NCBI GenBank assembly: GCA_001643675.2
Contig: LSRY02000009.1
Location: 1,860,001-1,924,000 of the forward strand
Origin: Monocercomonoides exilis PA203
Taxonomy: Eukaryota > Protista > Preaxostyla
Direction: 5' to 3'
Length of the DNA stretch: 64,000 nt
Position numbers and translations under genes: made by a program. Below are positions 25,801 through 38,960 of this stretch, one piece after another. Numbering within the stretch: position 1 is the stretch's first letter; each line of letters opens with the position of its first letter. Under the pieces are notes generated by a model. The model saw nothing but the letters and a program-made list of their open reading frames with translations, made no database searches and was not told the DNA's origin.

Positions 25801-26029
25801 TTCTTCCTGCATTTCTTCTTTTCATTTTTTTCCATTAAAAATGCATAACCTTTTTAAACAAAGTTATATGTCAGTGATGTATTTGTTTCTTTCAATAATT
25901 CTTCAATTGATGATCCATGTGACTTTGACAGGAGATAAATAAATAATAAGTGAAAAAAAAGATAATTAAGATGGATATGAAAACTTCAATGAAAATGTAA
26001 TCAAAAAGTCAATCACACCCAAATTACAC

Positions 26030-27790
26030 TCAAAGAATAGCAGCATATAGTTGATCTCCATTTCTTTCTCGCTCGGAACCTTCTCTAACTTTTCTTTAGA
26101 AGAAGAAGACGAAGACGAGGAATAAGATAAAGGCAACGTATCCCCTTTTTTTTCTTCTATGCGTAATGCGATTGTGAAGAAAAACAGCTTCAAACACTTC
26201 CCGTCGTTCTGCAAAAGCCAAATTCATATCACTCCTTCTGCATCGTTCCTCCCCAGCTGCAGCTCCACCAGCTCCACCAGTAGCCTCACCATCTGGAACT
26301 GCACCCACTACCCTTCTTTCTTCCCCTCTGCTTACTGCACAGTGTCAACCCTCCGCTTCAGCCCAGCCGATTCCCCCTCCGACACCCCACGATAGCACCC
26401 GCACACAGTCGTCCAGTTCAGGCTTCAACAGCGCAACGTGCTGGCTCACCGTCTTCACAACTGAGCTGTTCTCAGACGCCGTTAGAATCCCCCGTCATTC
26501 TTCTGCATCGCACACATCTAGAAGCTGCACGCACAGTGTGAAGAAGTAGTTTCGCTTGCACGCCTCCTGCACCGACGCAAACGATGGAAGTCAGCAGCCC
26601 GACAGCCGGTGCGCATCCCGGAAGATCTACAGCGACAGCGCCTGCAGCGTCTGAGGATAGTATAAACACAGAAGAGATTCCAGCTCCAAGTGCGTGATCT
26701 CTCTCTACACTACCTCTGGAGATGATTATGTTGATGATGATGAAATCTATGGAAAGTCCCTTCGTATCGCATCATGCAGCGTTTTCTTCGCATCCTTTCG
26801 CTTATCTGTCTCTGCCCACAAGCTGTTCATCAAAAACACCAGATACACTGATATTTTCGCCTCCCTCTTCTCCGACTCCAGCCTCTCAAACTCCACCACA
26901 ATCCATCTTGATCTTCATCTCCGCTGCCCTTTCAAGCACCATGTCGAAGAACAAGAAGAACGAAAGCTTGTCTTTCTTGAATTCCTCTTGCACAAGTCTC
27001 CCAAACAGTCACACCTCTGCAATATTTCACTGGAATGGCTTCTTCCCCGTGGATCATCACATTCCAGACAACATCGCTCTTCTTCTGATTCTCAATCACT
27101 TCCTCGAACAGCGCGTTCTGCTAACATATCGTTCCAAAGTGCATTTTCGACAGCACCTTCAGCATCTTCATTTTCCTTCTCCGTCTTGTTCATCTTCTGT
27201 TTCACAGTTGCATCTTTTCTTCCGCCCCCACTTCCATTTGTCCCAACGTCTTTCTTCTCCAATCTCTTGTTGATCCCAGATTTCGTTCCCCAACTTCCAC
27301 CTCCATCGCCATTGCTATTTGCTTCTCCTACAACACTCATCTCGCTCTTAACTTTCGCAACAACCCCCTTCCCATTCAAGTCTGGCCCAAGCATAACAAT
27401 TCTTCCATTGTTGATGATTTCTGTTAACTTCTCCTAGCACTTTTTCCGCAACCTCATCGTTGGAATCATCTTCATTATGGACGGATCCATTCCAATTTCT
27501 GTGGAAGCCAGTGAAGAAGACATGGAAAGCAGAACATCAGACTTTGCATGCGATCTGTCGATTTCTCTGCTGATCTCCGTGCTGTGCTGAATACGGAGCA
27601 TCTTCTCCTTCTCAATACTCTCATCAATAAACTCCGCTTTCTCCTTCATCTCCATCAGCGACCTCTTCAGCCATTGCGCATCTGCGTTGAACTTTTCGCT
27701 CAGCTCTGGAATCTTCCTCTCGTGTATCTTAATAATATTGTTCATTAAGTTCATCTTTTTCGTTAGTCCACTCGATCGCTTCATTAATCG
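26030..27790 (-). pseudogene. Degenerate coiled-coil protein gene, paralog of 17580-19560
   Basis: Clear nucleotide similarity, for example CCGCTGCCCTTTCAAGCAC..GAAGAACAAGAAGAACGA and CCCCGTGGATCATCAC, in the same orientation. Confidence 0.55.
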
Positions 27791-29347
27791 CCATTCTGAA
27801 TAAACTATTGCAGAATTATGATAAGTTCAGTATTCCTCTTCTCCTTCTCTATTTCCTTCATTTTTTCATTTTTATATCCATATCAACTTAATCATATTAT
27901 AATTTATTTAACAAAGTTTGATTTAATTGCATTTTGGAACAGGAAAATGAAAGTGATGAAACATTTGAAGTGAATTTCAACAATGAATTAATATTTTACA
28001 CGAAGTTGATTTTAAACTGATCGTCAGAAAAACAAATTAAATGTGCATGAATAAAAGTGATAAAATAATCTTATTCAATCGAATCCCAAAGAATATATTA
28101 TTTATTTCTTTCATGCTCACTTATCACTGCATGATTTATTTGATTGAGATTTGCAAATAAACTTTTCTCTAATCTTTGAAAATTATAGAGTGATTTTTTC
28201 GATAGTGAAAAGGTGTTCAACAAATTTAGTCTTGTTGTTTACTTTAGGCATACAACAAATGCATAATTGCATTCGTTTATTTCAAGACAGGCAAAAAAAC
28301 AGTCTTGAAAAACAATTTGTCAAGATTTTTCAATTAATCAAGCATATTGCATTTTCTTTTTTCAAAATAAAAAAATAATTTCATTGGTTTTCACAGATTA
28401 TTGTTAAGAAAAAACAATTAATACAAAGATAAAGATTTGAAAGAAAAAAAATAAAAGATTATAGTTTTTCAACTATTAGCTCGAATATAAAATAAAACAT
28501 AGTTCCAAATGTGCAATTTTTATTTGTGAAATCATTTTATATAGATAAGTTTAACAATGAACAGCAATAAATCAAAAAATACTGTTTTAATCTCAATTTT
28601 TTATAATAATGGTGATACAAAACTATAATTTGATCTTTCGTGGTTTTGTGACCAAAAAGAAGATAATTATCAAAGTGTTTCGCACATATGAATTTATTTC
28701 ATTTTTTAATTATGAGCACGATGGAAAAAATTAAAAATCTTGTTATTTCCAACAACCGAATTTTTTCTTTGAAAAAAAATGATTTCGAAAATAATGTCCC
28801 AAATATTATTTCAAAAGTTTTAATTTGACGTATTTAAATTTAAAAGAAATATTTATTCAAAAAACGTTGTTCAACTGTTGATGAAAAATTTCATTCAGGA
28901 AAACAATAGCGAAGTAGGCTTGATGAAATAATAATATAAAAAACAAATAAATACTTGTTATTCTAAATGCAAATTATGCAAATTCAATAATAACCGGTAA
29001 GCAATATAAATAATAATTATAATAATTATTATAAAAATAAAAACTAGAAAAAAAAAACCAACTTTTTGTCACTGTAAAATATAGCATTGAAGAGAATAAA
29101 TCCAAGAATAAATAACAATAATAAAAAACATATAACATATCTTGTTTAAGAAAGATAATGTATAATTAAAATTCAAGTAGTTAATCAGAAAAAAAAAAAA
29201 AAAAAAAACTCTTGAAATGCAAAACAAACGAAAAAATGAGGCTGCAAAATGAAGCGCTTGCTATGAAAATATATACCTCATTTACAAACATATTAAACAA
29301 TCCGATGAATTTTCTGATGAAGCTCTAAACAGTGTTTTCTCAAAGCT

Positions 29348-30770
29348 TCACATCACTTCATGAAAGCTCGTGATAATGTCTTCATACCCTTCTTCTTCCA
29401 ACATTTCGAACATCGCTCTTTTTTTCATCTGCCAACTTTTTTTGTCTATTTTTAAATCCGTTTTTTTTTTGTATAATCTTTCCGAGAGCGATAAAAGAAT
29501 TTCCTTGGACTTCGCCGTTTGATTGTCATCTAATATTGGTCGGCACATTCTCTCCAAAACAATGTTTGCAGCTCCACTCTCTGCCAAAATAAAAATATCT
29601 TCGCCAATTGTAATTTTTATTCTGTAAAATAAATTTATGCATTTTTTGCGAATTTTCATTTCATAGTCCTTCGCCAATGCATACACTCTGGATACGCACG
29701 CAGTCAACTCGACAACTTCTCCATAAATTTCATTGAATTCTTTTCTAAAGGTATTGAAAATTAAGTATAGCCATCTGGTAATAATTCTCACTCTCATCTT
29801 TTCCGAAAAATTCTTTTCATGTGTGTCCCAATTCAAGCTTCCATTCAGCTCATCCAATTCCTTTGTTGCTTCGCTCACGAAATGCATCTTTTGCAGAACC
29901 ACTTCTTTCAAACTGTCATCTTCCTTAAATCTGGATATCAAAAAATGGAATGCTGATTGATTCGCAAGACATGTCAGATTGTGATGCTCCTGATGATATT
30001 GGATGATATCTGTGATTTCATTCAAATAATATTTTTGTTCGAGAGGCTTTTCAATAAAAAGAAAAAGATAGAGAAAAAGGGAAAGAAAAAGATAGAGAAA
30101 AAGAATAAGAAAAAAAAAAAGAATAAAAAAAAGAAAAAGAAAAAAAAAAGAAAAAAAGAAAGAAAAAGAAAAAGAAAAAGATAGAGAAAAAGAACAAGAA
30201 AAAGAACAAGAAAAAGAAAAAAAGAAAAAGAAAAAGAAATCTTTTAAAACATAGTTACAAAATGAGAGCAAGTATGCCTTTGATATTCCATTTAACGCTA
30301 GTAACGCCATTTCCACTTCCTCCCGTGTCTTTTTGTCGTTCCCTTTCTTCAAGGCAACTTTCAAAAGGAGACTAACACTGAGTGCGTGCAATTCACCTGT
30401 TAAGCTTTGATAAAAAATCATCATAATACATTCACAAAGATCAGTCAGCAGCTTTTCGTTCCTTTTTTCTTTCATATCTTTTTCTTTAATAATCATCTTC
30501 TTCAATTCTTTGAGCAATGATTTATTAGTGAAATCCAAGCTTATCCCTTTCATCACCTTCCAAAATCCAACATATTTCAACAACAGAAGTGCATTCAGAA
30601 ATGATTTCTTTTTATCTTTGAGCATGTTGAAAATGCCTGTAAAGAGTTCAACTGTAAATATAGATTTCAGATCATCATCGTGTAACTGGAACATTATTCC
30701 ATTCATTTCAAGGACTTTCTGTTTCTGCACTCTTTCTGTGCAATGTTCCAGTTCAGAAAACAATTCTAAA
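29348..30770 (-). CDS. Expanded helical hypothetical-protein family, copy B
   Basis: ELFSELEHC, EVEMALLAL, YLNEITDIIQYHQEHHNLT and EEEGYEDIITSF motifs. The F/S/L-rich stretch at about 30048-30280 occupies the family intron position. Confidence 0.75.
30056..30240. repeat. A/G-rich simple repeat (AAAAG-like), probably intronic
   Basis: Reiterated AGAAAA/AAAAAG units. Confidence 0.75.
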
Positions 30771-33700
30771 AAAAAAAAATTCATAACAATACACCAAATA
30801 TCACAACAGTTAAATCAAAAGGGAAAATGAACAAACTGAAAAAATTATTTTTTAAAGTCACGACAGAACCCTCTTTCATTCTAATTGCCAAAACGGCATG
30901 TTCAGTTTGCATGGCAAAGTGTTTCAATAATCACAAAAAATGAACAAGCGCAAACAATGTGTTTTCTTCGGTAAATATTGCAGAAGCAGTGTCAACCGCA
31001 CTTGCTTTTTGGGAAGAACTGGAAATAGAATTGCCCATTGATCAAATTGCCTTAATATAAGTCATTTTTGCCTTTCTTTTCAATATGATTTCTGGAAATC
31101 ACAAGTTTTTAAAAGAATAAATATGGAATTAATGTAAAGAAACATCAGAAATTATTTGGAGTGGATGAAAATGAGTGTATTAGCGTTTTTTTCAAATTCG
31201 AAGTCAAAAAATGAATTCAGAGGCAGATTGACAAAACGAAAAGAGATAAAATTCCAAAAGATGCTCAAAAGTCTGTTTCTTGGGCAGCCCCACAAAAAAG
31301 AAAATAATAATCTTGTTTGTATTGGTGAAAGGGAAAAACAAATTATATTTTTTGCTGAGACGCAGAATGAATAAACGCTTCACGAATAAGTGAACAGGCA
31401 CAGCAATTGAAGAGGCACAGCAAAACACAGAATTTTCTTCCTTGCTGTCGAATCACAAATGATTCTGTGAAATGCATTTGAGGCAATTGGAATGTTTCCC
31501 CAGAAAAGTCTGAAATCGCTTCGAAAACATCAAAATATGATTGTCGATGAAGATAAAAAGAAAGAAAGAAACAGACAACAGATAAATTGTGAAATAAAAA
31601 ACCAGTTGCTGAAAAGATAAAGATGCAAATAGCAAAATCAAACATATGTTATTCCTCTTCTTGTGTTCTCGCCTTCAATTCAATCCTTTCGCAGCAAATC
31701 GAAATAAATACCCTGAATTGGTTACTTGATGCACTCCTCACCTTCTTCTCCATCTCCTTCTCATTCATCGCTGGTATCATATTCGTCGCTTTGCTCAACA
31801 AAAGATGCCAACTTGTCAGATATTCTGCTTGTTGTTTGAAGATGATCTTCCTGTCTTGCATCATCTCCTTCTGTGAACGTATTTTCAATTGATTGTTGCC
31901 TGGCTTTTTTTGAGAGTGGCTTCAAAAGAAGAAATGCTTTAATTCTTTCTGCATGCGGAAAACTGTGACAGAAAATTTTGTTATTATCTCAAATAATAAA
32001 TAATTTTTGTTTCTTCTTTTTCTTTTTCTTCTTCTTCTCTGCTTTGCTTTGGGTGTTGATGTGTCATTGCAATGCATGATTGAGTTATTCGAGACGAAGT
32101 GAAAGCGGAGGAGGAAAAAGAGATAAGTGAAGAATTGTTGCAGAAGAAGAATTTGAAGAAAGAGTTATTAAATCAGAAAGAACTTCTTCACATGTTATCT
32201 GTTTTCTATTCATCTCATTTGCATCATTTTCTCATTCTTTTTTTTTAAATTAATTCTTCTTCATCTTTTCCTTCGTCTTCTCATTCTTCCATTTCTCCTT
32301 TTTTCCCCAAAATCGCTTCCTCTCCCTCTTTTTCTTCATTTGTTCTCATTCCTTTCTTTCTTCCTCAGTTCTGCTTCTGCAACAAACACCTCCCTTGTCT
32401 TGCATCTTATCGAAGCATTCTTTTGCTTTTCTTGCTCTTCCGCAGCTGTCTCCTGCCAACAAACAATTAAATTCCCCGTCTCACTGCATTTGTAACTTAA
32501 CGCCATGGAAGCACCCTCACATTAAAAAAATGCCACTGCTTCAATAATTACTGCAACATGAAAAGAAGACAAATGTGTGACGCTTCATTCTTCTTGTTGG
32601 AGCACGAGCAGCAAAGTGAACTCAATAAGCACCAGAAAAGAGGTTCGCTTGAAAACAGAATCTGATGAAATTCTCCATTTTTTTAAAAAACTTTTAAAAT
32701 AGAAGCCACAACACAAGATAAACACAAACCAACATCATAACAATCAGAAATAAATACATTAAACATTCTTCAGAGGAATTGTTCACTCTCGATGTTCGTC
32801 TGAGAAAACATGGCCGTCTTGTCTAACGCTTGCAAACGCTTCATCAAACCAAAAACAAAGCAACGAAGTTCCCACAAATTAACTCCGCATCGATGCTACG
32901 CAAATGGAGCATAACAATAAAATCTCTGGATGGATGAGCTTGAAGAGGTTGAAACAAATATTCTGTATTTTTCTGTAGTTGCCTTTGGAGTCAAAGAAAG
33001 AAACTACGAATGATAATCACCTTGCAAACTCAAAATGGCTGTCCCTTCGAAGAATGAAATCCAAAAGCGGTTTGCCTGAATGTTTTTCGACTGCAAGCAA
33101 ATATTCGACAATTGGATGTCTCGTAGTTGGCGTTTCTCCACTCTTTTCAAGCAAAAGCGGAATCAGAAATAGAATTTCGTCGCTTTCCATAACTCCCGGG
33201 CGCAGTCCGAGAAACAGGAAAACCTTATAAATATAATTGATATTTTGTGCGTCTCTTTTTTTTCATTGAATTCTTGTATTTTTTGTGATAAATATCCTTC
33301 CCTCGATATTGCCAGCCACTTTCCTTGCCCTAAAAGCTTTTCTTTTGCCTTATATTCCTAAATTCTATATAATTTTGTGCAGATTTTGTTCTTCACAGAA
33401 TTCCATCCATAAATCTTCGTTCAATAAAACATCAGTCGAATTTGTTTTCATCTCCTGTTCCAAATAAAAATCATGTATCTTGCGTAACTTCATTTATTTC
33501 CCAATGCCTATATGATAATCAGCTCCATTCTCATCGTAATGCTCCACAAAGCGGAGATTGGCCATTTCAACAATAACTCATATTCCTGCATTTTGGAGAG
33601 GATATAGATGGAAATATTTTCACAATCAACAGAACTATAAAAAATACATACAATATCATTTTTGTGTAATTGATGAAATTGTTGTATTCCCCTTGGCCAT

Positions 33701-34180
33701 CCAATTACCAATAATCATCAGGCAGAATTTCAAAAATATTGCATCTCCATCATTTCTTGTTATCTCCACAGGAAATAATATTCCTTGTTCTACAGGTGAT
33801 GTTCACTCACGGATTTCTCATTCTGTGAATGGATAATTCCGTTTTTTCAAATCTGATGATCATTGAATCCATTACAAAAAAGACTCAAGTTACAAACCGT
33901 TGTTTTTCTTCCTGGATGCAAACCAAATTATACCGACAGTAAATAGGATGACGCGAGCACAGCTATTTTTGTGACTGCACAACATTGTATTTATTTGCCT
34001 GTTTCTTGTCTTCCGGCATGGGCTCATTCAATATGAATGATAAAAATCACTTTGTTTTCTGGATGCACTCATTTGAAAAAAGATACAGGAGACTAATTAC
34101 ACAAAACATTTTGCTGGTTTGCATTCATTAATTTAATGAGTTCTTGTTTATTGAATTTTTTCTTTGATTTTCTTTTGAAG

Positions 34181-35345
34181 AATTGTTAAATGAGCTCGAA
34201 AATTGCACCGAAATTGAACAGAGAAAGAAAATCGGAGAAATGAATGAATTTATGGATGAAATGGATAAGTGTGAATTCAGATCTGTTATCACAGAGCAGA
34301 TGTTCAATAAAATTCACCAAATGATTGAAGAAAAGACATTGTCGTTGGAAAGTGCAATTGTTCTGACGAAACACATTGGATGTTGCAAAGTGATGAAAAA
34401 TATATGGAACCTATACTTTGATTCGTCTTCGCTGAGAGGAAGATTCGAACAGATGATAATCGAAGAAGAAAAGAAAATAGAAGAAAAGAACAAAAAGCTT
34501 TTTACTGATCTTTGCGAATGCAGTTTTTATTTGAGAGATGACTTCTCGTTTAAAATGATTTCAATTGGCGTGCCTTGCATTCTGAAAGCTGCATTGAACA
34601 AGGATGAAAGCGAGGAGATTAAAAAGGAAGTGGAAATGGCTTTGCTGACTTTGAGCAATATTTTATTTGATGTATGTTTATTTTTATTTCATTTTTGATG
34701 TTATTGATTTTTTCCGATTTTTATTAGGAAGTGCCAAAAGAACTGTATTTGAATGAAATCAAAGAGATAATCCAATATCATCAAGAGCATCACAACCTCA
34801 CTCGACTTGCCTATCAGTCTGCTTGGCTGTTTTTGATTTACAGATTGGACAATGATAAAAGCTTGAATGAAGTGATTGTGAATGAACTGCATTTTGGAAG
34901 AGAGTCAACAAAAGAACTGGAAGTGCTAACAAGAAATGTGGATTGGAAGAGAAAGAAAGAAGAGGAAAGAAGAGGAAAAGAAATGAAAGAAGTGTATATT
35001 ATCGGGAGATGGCTCAACGAGGTTAATGATTTCTTTGATTCAAGCAAATTGCAGAACTACGAACTTATTGGTCTTCTTTCAAGTATTGTTCGGGTATTTC
35101 GAGCATCAAAAGATCTCATAGAAATTAGGAAGAAATGCATTTTGATCTTTAAGAAAATATCAGAAAATAGAAATGTGAAAGATGAAGAAGAAGAAAGAAA
35201 GAGCTGAAAAGGAAAGTGCTTGAAAAGATGGAAAAAGAAGGATACGAAGATAACATCATCAGGTTGTGTAATTGTATTTGTGAAGATTTTTATTTCTATT
35301 TTCATTTGATTCGGAATTATACAGATTATTTTGTATATTTATAAT
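34181..35345 (+). pseudogene. Expanded helical hypothetical-protein family, copy C, with a 3' internal deletion and frameshift
   Basis: Exons join in frame through intron 34672-34727 (GTATGT...TTAG). After NRNVK the sequence jumps to the ELKRKVLEKMEKEGYED block in another frame. Confidence 0.8.
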
Positions 35346-35767
35346 TTATCTCCATTCACGTTTACTTCACCTTTTTGCATTTCTTTTTTCAACTTTTTGT
35401 GCAGAAATCTCGTTTGTCCTGGAAATAAAGGATTCTAATATGCAAAATTAGATGAAAGTGTTTTTTCAAAGAATATCAAGACTTTTCAAGAAAAATGAAC
35501 ATTTGTTTTAAAGAAAATAATTGAAAATAAGAGATTTAAAAAATCAACAGGAAAAAAATAAAATTTTTAGGAATTTTCTATTTGCGTCAAAAAAAAAAAA
35601 AAATAAAAATAAAAAAAATAAAAAAAAAAAAACTTTTTCAATTACAAATATCTCTGCTTTCAAATCTGAAATTGTCATTTCGAAATAATGGAGGATTGGG
35701 AAAACAGGTTAGTTATTTCACAGCTCTACTGATTTTTGAGTTTTAAAGTGAAATGCATTTCAATTTC

Positions 35768-37225
35768 TCAGATATTCAAAAAATAATCTGTAATATTTTT
35801 TGATATATTTCGAAAATATTTGCAAAAAATTGAAATGAATTCATAATGGCTCGCAATGGTATCTTCATATCCTTCTCCTTCCATCTTATCAAATATCTTT
35901 CTTTTCATTTCTTTTCTTTTTTTCCTTTCGGTGTCGTTAACCTCCTTTTTTTTCAATCTTCTTGAAATACTCAAAAAGAAATAATAACAATTCCTTGTCA
36001 AATGATTATTAGTTGTTGGCTGCTGAATCTTCTCCAAAACAGCACCAATAGCCCCGTTTTTCAACAAACCAACAAATTTCACTGTTTTGTTTTTCGCTGC
36101 TTCTCTTAACGAATAAAGACATGGCAATTGAATTTCTATAAAATTATCTCTTGTTGCTCGAAGCACTTTCACAATGCCATCAATAAGCTTAATTAATTCT
36201 TCATTCCATGATCTGCATGACTGAAAAAAATGATAAAATACATGGATCCATCTCCTGATTATTATCACTTCTGCTTTTCCATTCTCTTCATTTTTTCTTT
36301 TCCAATCCACACACTTTGAAAGCTCTTCCAGCTCTCTTGATGCCTCTCTTCGAAAATGCAGTTCATTCACAATCACTTCATTCAAGCTTTTATCATTGAC
36401 CAATCTGAAAATCAAAAAACCCCAAGCAGACTGATATGCAAGTTGTGTCAGATTTCTGTGTTCTTGATGATATTCGATTATCTCTTTGATCTCATTCAAA
36501 TACAATTTTTGTTGAATTTTCTTTAAAAAAAAGAAAAGAAAAATATCAATAAATGAAGCAAAAACAACTCAATAAATTAATCAATTAACAAATCACACTT
36601 TCCACTTGGAAATATTACTCAATGCCAAAAGTGCCTTTTTCACTTCCTTTTGGGCTTCATCACTTTCTTCTTTATTCGATGCAACTTTCAGAAGGCAGGG
36701 CACACAAACCTAAAGCAAATGAGATGTGAAGTTACCGCTCAGAGAAAGATAGCATTCGCAAAGATCAACAATAAGCTTATCATCCTTTTCTTCTTTTTTC
36801 TTTTCTTCCTCAAAAATCATCTTCTCAAATCTTCTTCTCATTTCAGAATCATTAAAGCCAAGACTCCACACGTTTTTCAGCGCTTTGCAATATCCAGCAT
36901 GCTTCAGCAGCAAAATTGCATTTTCCATTGACATTTTCTTTTCTTTAACCATTGTGTGAATTTCATCAAACAGTTCTGCCTTGAAAACGGATTTCCATTC
37001 TACTTTATTCATTCCATCAATTATTTCATTCATTTCTTCGATTTTATGTTTCTGCTCACTTTCATTGTAATGCTCCAACTGATCAAACAATTCTTCAATA
37101 AATTTATTTATGATGGAAAGCGCTGAACACTTTAATAACAGAAAAATGAACAAACTTGAAAATTTATCTTCAAGAGATGGTCCTTGAACATTGCCATTGG
37201 ATTTGTCTTCATCACACATTTCCAT
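35768..37225 (-). pseudogene. Expanded helical hypothetical-protein family, copy D, with one in-frame TAG
   Basis: Full family sequence. TAG at 36710-12 falls inside LL*VCVPCLLKVA. Introns near 36523-36598 and 37094-37154. Confidence 0.8.
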
Positions 37226-37443
37226 TCTGTCTATTATTAGCAAAGATCAATTTACAGCAAAATATCAAATGAAAAACAGAAAAACAAACAGAAAAACAAA
37301 CATAGTTGATAATTGACAATTCGCAATAGAGCGAATCTACGAACGCAAGGAGCAGGTTTACTCCTCAATAATGAGTTTTGATCTTAAAGCATGGGTGGTT
37401 TAAGATCAAACTTCGCTAACAAATAAACCTTTCTTACACACCT

Positions 37444-38672
37444 TTGTCCGCAGTAATAATGACACAAGATCCTGTTAGTATGAAGAACAGTGACAGCGAG
37501 GACAGAGTATTTGATCTTGCAATTAGACTTTCAAGAGTAGAAAATTTGATTGAGGAAATGGCGAGAAGCCGAGCAGTTCCGAGCCGCTCGGGAACAGTAG
37601 GAATATTACCAATGAGAAAGACGAAGAGAGAACGACCAAGAGGAAGATCTCTATCGAGATCGAGTGAATCGGAGTCGGTATCAGATTTTACTGATACGAT
37701 CACGAAGAGGAAGCAGCGAAAACGATTGATGGGTAGTCGCGCACGGAAGTTGATGAGGAGATGGGACGAAGAAGGAAGCAGTGAGAGCGACTCCGGGAGT
37801 ACAGAGAAGCGGGAAGAAGAGAAAGATAGATCCGAAGATTTCTTGGGAATTTTCCCAGACGAATGGTTGACACCCAGGAGACAGGCAGGGGAAATGAAAA
37901 GATTCATGGACTTTTGCAAGGCCGGATCAATCAGAATAAATGACGACATCCTGAACACTTTCATCCCGGAGACGGAGAAGAACTTTTTCACCATATACAC
38001 TGATGCTAGCTGGAACGCCTTAGCAGTGACGGGTGTCACTGCTGAGGGAAGAAAAGATTCTCCAGAAGCCGCCCGGGTTATCGAGCTGCTTCAGCCCGCC
38101 CTGGAATCGGGGTTTGAAGCCGCCAAGGCGATTGCAGCCCTTACTACAAGAGAATTGAAAAGGACGCACTTAGAGGAAGAAGAGAAAGAGCGACTGAGGG
38201 GGCTCTTCTGCGCGTACGCCCTAATAGCAGACTGTATTAGCCGCATAAACTTGCTGAAAGTTATCCCCCAGTCAAGCTGGGAGAATGTGAAGTGTTTTCT
38301 GGACGGGGGGATGTCCAAGGACATCCCAGAGAGTTTTAGGAGATTAGTGGATAGCACCAGCTTTTTCGTCCAGGGGGGGGGGGGGGGGGGGGGTGGGGGG
38401 AGGATGCTCCAGGGTACGGAGCATCCCCCGTTTCTCCCACAACCTTCGACCTCGCCCCAGTCAGGGGCGTGCGCCCAGGAAAGTACAGCACAGGCAGAAA
38501 CGCTCAAGGCTTTGCCTACAGACAATTCCAAAAGCAGGGTTTCGATGGGAGCTTCACAAATTTCAAACAAAGAAGGAGGTCAACACAAGCTCGACCACAA
38601 CAGGCCCCAGCACCAGCCGGGAGAACGCCCTCGTTCACAGTCCCCCTTCCCCCAGCTCCCCCGAGGATATAA
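37444..38672 (+). CDS. DIRS gag-like ORF1; frame after the G-run is uncertain
   Basis: First ORF of the element, uninterrupted up to the poly-G at 38373-38400. Confidence 0.65.
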
Positions 38673-38960
38673 GGAGAATCAGCAGCAGGAACAGCTACTG
38701 GAACGAGCCAGTGGGCGTAGAGATAACTGCGCTATGCTGCGAGACAGAGAGAGAAGAGAGAGCCGCGCTTTGCCGCGAGACAGGGACGGACATGATGCTG
38801 TCAGAGCTCAAGGGAATGACAGTACTACGGGAGGTCCCAGTCAATCGACAGACAATCACAGGGGAGGAACCCGTGGAAGTCTGCGAGAGCAACGAAGAGG
38901 CACTGAGCCCTTCCGACCAAAAAGAAGAGGATAGAGATAGAAAGCTCGAGAGATCACGAG

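Larger units (their letters stand above)
11813..28800. mobile_element. Putative 17-kb Sola-like element bounded by 29-bp TIRs and AAAT duplication
   Basis: GGGACATTATTTTCGAAATCATTTTTTTT at 11813-11841 has a perfect reverse complement at 28772-28800. AAAT at 11809-12 and 28801-04. The Sola-like transposase lies just inside the left end. Confidence 0.55.

Noticed and set aside
22560-26000. Poly-F/L/K/E ORFs in 22.5-26 kb, and similar ones at 43.3-45.9 and 56.3-58.8 kb
   Set aside because: They arise from low-complexity TCT/GAA tracts and decayed gene remnants. No domain could be supported.
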